This document shows positions 18,601-27,200 of a DNA stretch of 64,000 nucleotides, piece by piece. Every line of letters begins with the position of its first letter. Position 1 is the first letter of the stretch. The notes under the pieces were generated by a model, which had not been told where the DNA came from, did no database searches, and was given only the letters and a program-made list of their open reading frames with translations. This DNA is from a virus: IMG/VR virus record IMGVR_UViG_3300023281_001229, positions 1 to 64,000 of that record. One strand, given 5' to 3'. Made by a program: the position numbers and the translations under genes.

Positions 18601-21276
18601 TGCTAAAGCAAAAACTTTAGGATTGGTCTGTAACATGTATGTACCAGAACCTGTTCTTAACCTATTATTAAATAAATTTTCATGAGCCTTAGCGGCAGCA
18701 TTGTAGATTTCAGTTCCTGGTATATTTTCAGCCATTAGCTGCAAAAACTTGACACTATTTTGTTTATCTTCTATACTTTCTGAAATATTTAAACCTCTTG
18801 TTGTAAACTCTGAAAGCAGTGATTGCATGCTTTCCATAACTAAACTAATCTCCTCTAAAGAAAAAACATCACCTGTTTCTGTTTTAATTTCTTCTGATTT
18901 CCATTTAGCTTCATTAGTTCTAGCAGTAAACATTTCAGATGTAAACTCTCCTTTATATAAAGAATTAAACAAAACATCCACTAATGCATTGCTTTTATTC
19001 AAAGCCTTTGCATCAGCATAAGTCATTCCTCCAAAAATGTTTTTAATTAGTGCAAGCAGCTTTTGAAAAAATGATTTAACTTTATTATTGCTAAATTTCA
19101 TTTTTTTACCATCGCTTAATGAAAATTCTCTAAACTCTTCTGCTAAATATTCTTCTATCTCTAAATTTGTAGCAGAAGACCAGCTTATAGTTTTTAACTG
19201 ACCGTTAACCGTTGTATTAAAAGTGCCAGTCCTGCTTCTTAATGAATCATAAATTTCTTTACGCTCTGATTCTGTAAGAATACCATCAAAAAAAGCATGA
19301 AACGCTTCATGGTAAATATCTGAATTAGAAGATCCTTGATATAAATTAATAGTATTACCTATAAAATTAGCAACAAAGTTTGGACCTAATTCACTAACAC
19401 CATCTATAAAATTTAATTTAAGAATATCAAACAGCGGACTAGATTTAAACCACTCAAGAGCTGCTGCATTTTGTTTAGATGTAGCTTGCGTAGATTGATT
19501 TCTTTTTGAAATACTTCTAAATTTAACTTCTCCCTTTAAAGGTTGTATATCAGCTAAACTATCAACACCTTTTTCAAATTTTAAATAAGATCCCATTGCT
19601 ACAATTTTGTTCTCTCCATTTAAAACAATATTTGTAAAACCTACGCTTGTAACTTGATCTCTTAATGTTTTTTTATTACCAGTTTTTATTACACCATTTT
19701 CTAATTTAACCGGCACTTTACTGCCGCCTAAAATAAAGTCGTCCATGCTTAAAGATCGCTCATCTGCAAAATTTCTAACCGTACCTTGACTTTCATAAAT
19801 TTTACCATCTTTACCATAATATACTTCACCTAAATTAGTAACATCTTCAATAGATTTTTTAACAAACACCCCTTCTGTTATTAATTCAGGCTTTACTTCT
19901 TTAGCAAATCTTTTGTTTGCCCACTCGGTTAAACGTTCTAAGGTTAGTTCAGAAGCTTTAATTACTTCTGTTCCTAATGTAACAGTAGCTACTGTAGCCT
20001 CATCAACAGCGTTTGCTTTTCTTCCAGGTTCAAAAGCAAAAACATTTTGACGCTCCTGAATAAAATAACTTATAAACTTGAGGCGTGTGTTATTATTTAT
20101 CTTAGATTTATAACCTTCCATTATTACATCTTCAGCTGTTATTAAATGATGCAATACTTCAAATTCCTCTTTAGTAAGTGATGATAATGCTTTAGGAAAA
20201 ACTCTAAAAGCAGTGTTAGAATTCATAGGTTTTATTACAGGATAAAATTGTTTACCAGTTGTTTCTTTTCCTAAAGGAGCTTCTTCAGTATTTAAATTAA
20301 TTACATCAGATAGATTTGTTGTATTATTTCTATTTAAAGCAATAAATCCTAAACTACTCTGTCCTATATTAATACTCATATAAACAGAATCTTTTGATTT
20401 AGCAGAAGATTCAATGTAGTTTATAAAATCAGAAATATCAGCTGATGCTTTTTTTAACGCTTCCTGCTTAGATAAACCTTTATCTTCATATTGCTCAGCA
20501 ATTATTTTTTTTTGATTTGCTAAAGCTTCCGAATTTGTAGCAATACTAAATACCGGAAAATTACCATTAACATCTTCAACACCTTCAGAATTAAATTTTA
20601 CTATTTCATTACTACTATTTACTAAAACTAATTTAATTGTACTATTATCTTTTGTACTTGTTGTGTCTGTAAATCCACTTTCTTTTTTTAAAGCCCCAAG
20701 AGTAGTTAATTTAAATTGATATAATTGAGAATTATTATTTTTAATAATATTCCTAGAAACCTTGAATTCAAATGCTTTATTAGGATCTTGAATGTTTTCA
20801 GCGTACCCAGTTTTTTCATTCCAAACAGCTTCTTGGTTATTTGTTCTAAATATTTGTTTTGATATAGCTACAAATCTTTCCTCAAAATTTTTGTCTGGTA
20901 TTCTAACATCTTTATTACCCAACATCAACCCTAAACTTTTAATTAAATTTTCAAAAGGCTCCGAGGATTTTGCTTTAGAGCTATTGATAACCTCTGTCCC
21001 TAAGTCTTGAAAAAATTTAGAATCTTTATATTGTATTACCGGATTTTCTGATAAATGTTTTAAAACAATCTGAGGAACAATGCTCATGTGTTGCAAAACA
21101 ATTTCTTTATTTTCGGCTTCGGTCAAATTAGTATTTGCAAAAGAGTCCGTAGTTAAATTAAATAAATCTGTCATTAAAACAGATGCACTTTTATTTTCTT
21201 TTAATAATTCTGGTAATTGCTTGTTAACATATGTACCAAATAATTTTAAACTATTTGGAGTAATACAAATTTTCAT
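9601..21276 (-). CDS. virion-packaged two-barrel (double-psi beta-barrel) RNA polymerase, crAss-like / phi14:2 gp66 type, with fused accessory domains
   Basis: 3891 aa; EEADGQGWIS, HKFSLMPL, SGSK, RIPSQ and catalytic GSDYDVD (D2304-D2308, nt 14353-14367), matching the DFDID-type motif of crAss-like RNAPs; zincin motif HEAFH at aa 656. Confidence 0.9.
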   Translation of the reverse strand: MKICITPNSLKLFGTYVNKQLPELLKENKSASVLMTDLFNLTTDSFANTNLTEAENKEIVLQHMSIVPQIVLKHLSENPVIQYKDSKFFQDLGTEVINSSKAKSSEPFENLIKSLGLMLGNKDVRIPDKNFEERFVAISKQIFRTNNQEAVWNEKTGYAENIQDPNKAFEFKVSRNIIKNNNSQLYQFKLTTLGALKKESGFTDTTSTKDNSTIKLVLVNSSNEIVKFNSEGVEDVNGNFPVFSIATNSEALANQKKIIAEQYEDKGLSKQEALKKASADISDFINYIESSAKSKDSVYMSINIGQSSLGFIALNRNNTTNLSDVINLNTEEAPLGKETTGKQFYPVIKPMNSNTAFRVFPKALSSLTKEEFEVLHHLITAEDVIMEGYKSKINNNTRLKFISYFIQERQNVFAFEPGRKANAVDEATVATVTLGTEVIKASELTLERLTEWANKRFAKEVKPELITEGVFVKKSIEDVTNLGEVYYGKDGKIYESQGTVRNFADERSLSMDDFILGGSKVPVKLENGVIKTGNKKTLRDQVTSVGFTNIVLNGENKIVAMGSYLKFEKGVDSLADIQPLKGEVKFRSISKRNQSTQATSKQNAAALEWFKSSPLFDILKLNFIDGVSELGPNFVANFIGNTINLYQGSSNSDIYHEAFHAFFDGILTESERKEIYDSLRSRTGTFNTTVNGQLKTISWSSATNLEIEEYLAEEFREFSLSDGKKMKFSNNKVKSFFQKLLALIKNIFGGMTYADAKALNKSNALVDVLFNSLYKGEFTSEMFTARTNEAKWKSEEIKTETGDVFSLEEISLVMESMQSLLSEFTTRGLNISESIEDKQNSVKFLQLMAENIPGTEIYNAAAKAHENLFNNRLRTGSGTYMLQTNPKVFALAMNFIKSRFEQELNLIKEKLKNIDSNSGESVSLNYQSELLEKVLKSENFGEALDFNKYLNEDENSTLLSTFLNNYSSLDLSGMPESVSKLTLDDLEEDTESWEVLWGRGGQELMLDKTLSKATINMLSSVRAYTQQGKGDPMLNPIGVQRLLPFRNTLAKVAKLLTNTVDAQEMSEKLKIAAKTDKEIAQIFNMLGDITDLKHADKLTTFEHKQWTSFWQSVNKSDVLLAEFMLQNNIKIKDDGTATIDLVSKVGKAQSEDLIIDRQWNSNFNFELLRNENEYVEQVEGVTKLDLQQVYDDWIDSSQGTYFGKISGQGPQIAKSKKLQGTGVYTKNRKVSAEAEPIEFLKTFGIEMSSDPAVMEILYNESTNFNIPIMAYLVDNISNRLNAVLWNEADERWEKDTSRQYISNLNQLFQGFMYKDSSGKIQEQPEIFGVRKALRETQYEYADEFTSFSARNAKGDLQSEKSFNSSLLLMVNSINKATSIEDLYSTPGLEHLNPKFNSQVAASNWLTSMFRLGSKYDKSVRGKRDVSIKLHVKNLSGNKAIQAIEYSGLNEQDKMQIISQIENDKGESQIGSDQNTKVIGDFYLTLSNRQEIMRSEAKSTSLTVYADIKAPGESKTRTQYDLTINKAEIDQMLTDEYKGRILYDKFIGHIVNDIHRVHRSLELGQKIKDGSVPDIAIDVKQLNRGTELYMFDAVFPKNSNIRKKLLSNSEIINEWNNSPKLSNDLIQEIEKKLMGFFARKTDNMIKEFGETIPLSDNMVAFYTTSETESLEDIKFKMYASFIFNNFLSNADYSATFLGDASVYDIEKEAFHKRIAGFISTGKIVRRDAAWLQYINSEAFNNDGFSKKHNKKEGVTRDYTYTGKLRTGVMKEIISDAVFKNQYKNLDLDVEDYSAMEEADGQGWISFDAYRLLNISIDEWSDPQERVYQKMLNEETLNSEDRKVTFPVRKFQTFGAVTNAETQSLLRGLGLDFANSAFHKFSLMPLVPEVIKNAPKLVELHESMMEQGLAYVTMNSGSKLSTLTKVEWSEEKQKFIPIEDDFYSAKDRLVNDDFLAKAVPWTINEIDVNSLKSQIFIKEGFKGYVTLPTQLRKIALNGILDNGVPFDFQPNAPKRKSNWEKLTNLKKREKSKKWAWYQDFTETLDEMEAVLRSSLLEDIQMKEVKNANGDTVYEGDSKALVEYIKTQLKDNDLLPEEISYISKPDGTLIDDLSFSLIGSKIEELLTTLVDKKLRRLKSNGEKLTQVSSAMWESYDYKTGTKEDHEKYGTSGLKFHFAVDENGKYIEDPKTGLYTVTEMEIKIALQGEYKKLLNTKYNDKPIKVFTRDTATGEKIYDEVASLANLNKAIKDSVWLEKYGKMIDIPGVRIPSQGSNAFIATRVAEFLPEAAGPIIIMPAEVVVNTGSDYDVDAMFTLMKNFISKYGIVKEVKYIPNQKEDPVVIFTAIEQLEEEREVLKEDRKELLNSYIEYLKEKGNVNEAAQEYIDRIKKNQNGIQVLYKQKTEVYSSGKYSISKKIEFHQLLNEEIEKGQANIAEAEMELEKVLSDFFKTKISGKEERRAAVDAEFKRYNDPIKEVEFKIKEVENKLFQLEAKLQGRTTKGLENRLIDLIQERVLDPSNMSRLVSPNTTEAWEDMAREAGKKIQRTFDKTQGGNTKIFDYRFNLLKHQEMSVALDSLGIAAVASTFYAVFTTFQATLQSTSAKDQKQFVDALKILTVESNSRTNPAIWSKSLKIVESYQSKTLKLESNEVLSENALSLGMVENVDGKLISDLLSQLINGYVDAANSPWIAEMQGDKENTPTILFLTMAGVSPRNIISMMTNPLVMEYNSNLAKYSGIFGDIIQENQVEELDALIAEYVDEEAREYSKPAKQALTEIMKKYLPLLENAGYSKYSQNLIVNKSKEFNEGELENRISLKNREIDFRDIELLATFLAAKEMAEDLNTFTQLQKFDTQKISSISEAQNRQEKIKEFKSKPANKKIIPNSFFEGVKNSPIGKFDNDKFIVDLFSKYFGVKNNPALILKSLGITVPKGMDKAKILTQFKDDFIWFLYQNAVYAGDSYTTSGTSIVDNKTSLPGVTYTLKEEGGLKEIEINKETGVVTWSTQAVVNLFGSLENAPAMQFFNISKPKDFVKFYIEMSNLQEVSKDMTKEEFLETFGIFDNTSNSYLDKGETTGKTMILTKAALYNTSNPEAMFNFGSGVANILKNIHSKYKTELDNYAFFRDIKYDYNEPLKKMNMYLSQIQDAQMAQVYRENIANLKNSPHPEVKEFFGKFDHIAIMQTGLSVKSKYALTKLTDQTKLEKIIDQSIGIKYINGVLDDVNTLIKNNVSREEIDGQIIDQFAQLFNDALSKKAQKVRGHNYTINNLQFSKAKKVTLKRGKNLITVAKSYEEAWSIQRTEGGYLINADIILDTMISGRLSVEEVMKVSKGANLIIVNEKMLIPELIQPDLLTQEEFDNALKIIGIDNTGELPNLIAQRKEIGQGLSIERSSVLKGLNTVKDEAMANRSSKAIGASTKALNPVYESTSEAYVSVLKQDEFGKRNVLADKSSRKKQFTSKDVVWIFGSGMVERAYNNETNGAKIYLEKIKNTFNSYHQKMIDKAMKAGVETFIVGNYSGIDALAKQYLENNGYVAVRQYTKAGVYFEMVKSENLKDVVHDFYKPTEQTMYLTNNSVYNELLDKVYEVVLTNGVDRGLARKQPKKFEKLSSGLKEKTGYEVVYTMIVDAIRSESLLTKGKISYEAKLRYELKNSSAGLLTLGKSSTSLFDSLVEQVFMNLRNQAQKQSPVVEVKKETIEDIYDKLGFETASENVEIVENIWNNMKDKSVIKAYRASKANLLGSFNEYNSIGNPISAEGKPVGQATKEFIGWLEGTMFTELEQPYRKALLDAFESGELKGMKIEYYKDIGMPSHATVLDYYINQKTDVNIVEGSAASVKEYADLFKFGLLDESKKQSILDNFAKKFKVVNALKYIEEALANPKKSNDQIVEHLKKCY

Positions 21277-21277
21277 G

Positions 21278-24200
21278 CTATTTACATTTAGTTATTTCTG
21301 TTTTCAGATCTTCTAGTAACTGTTCATCAGATAAAGATTCAGCTTCTTTATTATACTTAGTGAAGTTACTTAAAATTTCAGAATAGGCTTCTTTAATATA
21401 CTGAAATTCGGTGGCATTTGCAACAACGTCAATAACTTGACCATTAAAAATAGTACCTGGTAAAAGTTCTTCAGTCATAGCTGATAATAATTCTTGAGAG
21501 TTTAATGCCATAACATTTCCAACCATACCTGATTGAAATTCTTCTAACAAAACAACTTCTATTTTATTAGATTCTTCTCTATAATCGTTAATAATATATG
21601 CAGTTCCACTAATGTTGACTACAGCTCCTTTAAGATTTCCTGATTCAAATTGTGAATCTATTGATTTTTGAATTGCTGTTTTTTGTTTTGCTGTTGTTAA
21701 CTTATTTAAAGCACTTGTGTAAGTATAAAAAGATTTTATAAAATTTAAATCCGATTGTTTTTCAGTATTAATTAATTTCCAAAGTAATTGTAATTGCTTT
21801 GGAACTGAATCTATTTTTAAAAGCTGTGCAGAAATAGATTCAGTAAATCCATATTCAGAAATATAATCTTCTGATTTTTCTTTAGCAGATAATTCTTCAG
21901 CATACTCCTCATTAAGCATTTCTTCAGCTAATAAATAATCTTGTTCTTTTGACAAAATTTCAGCTTCTATTATTGCTTTACCTTCTTGAGTTGTACTCCA
22001 TTCCACCCATTGCATTAAAGCCGCTTGTTCTTCAGTCATCCCTGATAACTCCTCTTCTCTTTTACTAGCTTCATAACTACTTATATCGTTGTCAATCATT
22101 TCTGCTACAGCATCAGCTAATTGATTTGGAGTAAATATATCGGCTAGTAATGATTCAGCAATACCCATTCCCGGAACATTACTACCCGGATCTAATGCAT
22201 TTCTAACAAACTCATTATCTTGCTCACCAAGACGCTCAGATAAGCCCTCTTCTATTTTTTCGCCTAATTCTGCAGAAGATCTATAGCTCATTTGTTTTTC
22301 AGGATTATTTGAAATCCAAGCCGAATATTGTTCTCTTAGTTTTTCTGTAAGAAAATAAGACGGGTTTAGTTTTTTTAAACCATCAGTATCAAAAAGCAAA
22401 AGTTGGGCCATTATTATAGCAGCTTTTGTTTCCATAGTGAATGCAATATTTTCAATATCTGCATTTTTAATAAGTCTTCTTGATGAGTCTTTAAAAGGCA
22501 TTTCGACATCAGAACCAAATTTTTTCTTTGGTGTAGCTCTTAGTTCATAAAGACTTGTTGAATTTATTAATTGCTTAGAACTTAATTTTTTTAATGTGTA
22601 CGCAATTCCTGATTCATTCAATAATCTATTTACTTTAATTACAACACTAGGATACAACCGTTGATTTTTTTCAAGCTGGGCTATTAACTTTTTAGCATTT
22701 TTTAAAGTTTCTAACTTAGTTTTTCCTATTAAAGTTTCTGGTAATAACTTAGAAATTTGATTAGGCTTAGTTGAAAATCTATAATTTCTCATTATATCCC
22801 TTACTCCTTCATTAAATTGATTTGAATCTAATAAAAATATTTCAGAATGATATTTAAGCATAAACTCCCGCATACCGTTGGGAATGTTTATTATTTTATC
22901 TTTTGTGTTAGCTATTTTCAGCTCATACTTTCCGGATGAACCTAAACGCTTAACATTATCTGCAATTAATTTTTCTTTTTTTAAACGCTCTTCTTTTTGT
23001 ATTTTTTCTTCTGCTTCTCTTTGTATTCTTAACCTTCCTGTAATTACGTTTCTTATATCTAAAAAACTAAACGCAATAATACCTTCTTGATTTTTTATTT
23101 TTTCGGCAAACTTTTTAATTTCTTTGTCAGTTAATAAGTCAGCTCCTGGTAATTGTTTAATTTTTTCTTCAAGAGTTAACTTAGTTTTTTTACCTTTTTT
23201 TCTAAGTTTTTCTAAAGCCATATCCTCTTTACGTTTAGCTTTAGCTCTATCAATCTTTTCTTGATTTAGTTTAATATCTTTTGAACCTTCTTGCTCATCT
23301 TGATCTTTTATTCTATCTGCAGAATATTTAGAGGCAGCTTCTATATATAAAGGATTTCTTTGCATCATTTCCGCAATAGCATCAATATCTTTTTGCTCTA
23401 ATGCAGTGATTGGTTTTCCATATAAATCAGCTATAGTATTTTGAAGTGCTTTAGGAAGTCTTGCAAAAGGTGTAAATGGAGTGATAATCTCATTTTTATT
23501 TCTATCAAATTCAGGAACATAATCTGTATTTTTTTCTAAGACCGGGGCGTTTTTTGTTACTTGTTCTGTTGCTAGTTTTTTTCTTTCTTCAGACAACTCA
23601 AGCACTTTAATTTTCAGCATTGATGTTTTAGTAGACAACCTTCGTTTTTCAATAAAAGTTCCTTTGCCTATTTTTAAATTGTCTTCATTAATTTTTATTT
23701 GAGCTCTTAAATTATCTATTTCATCTTGTATACTTTGAACCGTTCTAACATCACTATCTACCTCACTTTGTTTTAGAACTTCTTCTTCAACTTCTATTTC
23801 TTCTGTTTCAATTCTTGTTTGAATTTCTTCTCTGCCTAAAAACAGTTCTGCTTCTTGAGCCTTTAATAAAGAGTCTAAGCCTATAAATGTTTTACTATTA
23901 TATTTATTCTTTTTTGGATCTTGTCCTTCAAATAATGCTTTAACAAACCATTCTGATCTTTGTCCGCTACCATCTGTTTTTAACCTAGTTCCAAAATAAA
24001 GCAATGGTGTCCATTCTCCAGCAGTATCTGCAGTTGTCCCTGTACCGGTAGATTTATACATTAAAAAACGTTTACCATTGGCAACAACATCAATAATTAA
24101 TCTACCGTCTATTTCTAATCTAAGCGGTCCAAATTCCCAATTCATTTCATCTGATAAAACATCTATTTCATCAAGCTCTTTTCCTAAAGCAACTAGTTCA

Positions 24201-27200
24201 TCAGTAGCTGCGTTTACAGATTCTTCATTTTCAAATTGAATGTCATCATTAATATAATCTTCCATTAACGTAGGTTGATCTCTGGCTTCATTCATTACAA
24301 CAGTATTACCCCCTACATTTTCTTGAACTTCTCTAGTAACCGTTTTTGTTACTTTTATTTTTTCAGTTTTTGGGGCTTTCTTTTTTTCTTCAGTTTCTTC
24401 TAAAATGTAACCTAAATCTATAGCACCCCCTTTAGCACTATATTTAGCTAAATCGGCTATAGTTGTTTTAGTTGGTTTAAATTTGCTTACGTCTTTAGGT
24501 ATTATTTTTAAAAACTTTGCTGTTTCTTTAATAAGCATTTTTGCAAACTCATAGATTCTTTTAAATAATCCGGGTTTTTCTTTTTCACTTATTTGATTAG
24601 CCATAGCTAATTCATAAACTCTACCTACTAACTCATGTTCAAATTGTCTACTTCCGATACTTTCCTCTGTACCATATTCTGCCTCAACATAATCTATTAC
24701 AGATTGATCAGCTTTTGCTTCAGCAACTAAGGCTTTATATAATTCAGGATTTAGTTTTTCTGCATTAATTAAAAAAGGATGTAAAAATATTTCATGGAAC
24801 GGAGTGTTTTCTTTTACACCTTCTGCAACAATATACGCAGTATTTGTTTTTTCATCATAAAAGCCATTAGGTATCCCTGATTCTTTAGAATAAAAAGGAT
24901 TATTAATTTTATCTAAATAACTTTCTGCTTCTTCTTGATCTCTTAATATTTTAACATTAACATTCCATTTTGCACCTAACTCCGCACCTAATATTTTTAA
25001 TTCAGCTTCCTTTTTATCTAAAGCTTCGGTTGCTTCGTCTGTTCTAAGTTTAATATTAATTTCAGAAATGTCATCTATTATTTCTTGATCAACTGCTTTA
25101 GCTGCTATATTAATAACTTTATTAACTAACTTATTTTCAAATTTTTCTTTTACAATAGCTTCGCCCCCTTCTTTGACTGTAGCCCATAAAGTTTTTTTAG
25201 TTGGTTGAATTGCGTCTTCTATTTTACTTAAAAAATATTGAAACCCTGAATCATTTAATGCTTCAGATAAAAATACATTTACCGAATTAAAAACAGGCAT
25301 GTTTTCTACATCTTGCTCAGGATAAGTAGCAGCATAAACTTCTTTTGCTTGACGCATAGCATCTCTAGCTTGCAACCAAAGATCATCATTTTCAACTAAT
25401 CCTTCCGAAATCTTGTTTTGTGTTAAAGCAGTAATTACAAGATTTTCAATAGAGTAAGCAGAATTACTGTAGTCTTCCCCAGCAAATCTTACATCAATAG
25501 TAATTACACCTTGTTCATTAACTTGAATAGGAAGAGTTTGATCTTCAACAAACCTTATAGTACCCTCCGCTTCCATAACTTTTAACATGACTTCCCTATC
25601 TATAGGTGTCATGTATTTATTATCTACATCTAATATTTTATTTATTAATGTTAAACCTTCTTTAGAAGTAATATCAATATTTTTGTCAATTTTAATATTG
25701 TATTGACGTAAAATACCTTTGACTGTACGTTTATCTTGTTTTAGTTTTCTGCCCTGACTTCCTTCTTTAAGTCCACTTTTTACAATATTTTTGCCAGTTA
25801 ATCTTTTTATATACTTATCAATTATTTTCTCAGCTATTCTTGTCTGCTCAGAACTAGCAGCTTCATTATCTTCTAAATTAATAATCTCTTCAGGCATCAC
25901 CCTATTTTGTAAAAGATCATCTAAATATTTCAAATCAAAAAACACACCTGCATCATACAACTCTTTTAACATTTGGTCAGAAGATTGCTTTTTAGAAAAC
26001 TCAATTAAAGCGTTTTTAATATGCTCTTTTTTATTTTCTTCTAATCTACCTAACATTAATTTATGACTAGCCATAAAAGAACTAGATCCACTATTAGTCA
26101 TTAATGTTTCAGCATATTCTGTATAAGCACCTTCTTGTTTTTCTAAAATTATATAATCAAAAATTAAGTCAAATGCTTTTTTGTTAACTTCTGTTTGAGC
26201 TTCTTTACTAGTTAATCTATTTTTACCAAAAGCCTCAACTACCTTTTGATAAACATCAAACATCCCATCATAAATTTCTTCTTCTGATTCAGTAGTACTT
26301 GCTTGATTTAATAATTCTGTAGTTTGAGTTAAAACTAATTTATAATTTTCTAAAGCCTGAAGACGTTGTTCACTAATTTTAGAATCTTGCAATAAAGCCC
26401 CTGTTAAATTTAGGTCTTTATTAGCTTCAACCTCTGCCCTTAAAGTTTGAATTGTTTGATCTAAGCTACCTACTTCCACTAAAGACTCTACAGAAAACTC
26501 AGAAACCAAAGGATTTTGATCTCTAATCACTTCTTTAATTTCTTTTAATCTTTTAGCTCTATCTAAAATTTTAGAATGATTAAATAAAAGCTCATCTTTT
26601 AATGATTCAAACGCAGAATATTCTATAAATTTTTCTAAATAGTTATCAGCTTTAGGATCTAATTCAGAAAGCGTTATATCGTTAATAAAATTTTGTTGGA
26701 TTATTTTGTGTTTTTCAGATAAATTTCTTAATAATTCCGCATTGTCTAATAATTTTTTCCTAGACTCTCCTATGTTTTCTTCAGTTATATCTGTTCTAGC
26801 CATTAATTCGCTAAGCTCAGTTGCACCTAGTTCGGTTCCCATGTAGGTTAAATGATCAGACATTTGTTCAGCTAATCCAGCTTTAATAACTCGCCTTACA
26901 CCATTTGTAAAACTTTCATTTTGAGCATTCTTAAATTCTTTTTTCTGCCCATTTTTAGCAGCTTCTAACATTTCTTCTTGAATCTCAGCTTGTCTGGCAA
27001 TAGGCTTAGACCAAGAATCTATAAAATTTTTATTTTCATTAAAAAACTTAGTCAAAAATTCAGCTTCTTTTTCAAGCCTGTCCATTTCTGCTTTTTGAGT
27101 TTCTGCATATTTTGTTTTATTAGTAGCTTTCTCAAATGTACCTTGAGCAGAAATAAAACCACCTCCGTTAACAAAAGTGTTTATTTGTCCTGTAGCAAAA

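Noticed and set aside
9601-21276. Intein or intron explaining the large RNAP
   Set aside because: No internal Cys, and no HN-[CST] splice junction or LAGLIDADG/HNH motifs noticed; the frame is continuous and the extra length is explained by fused domains
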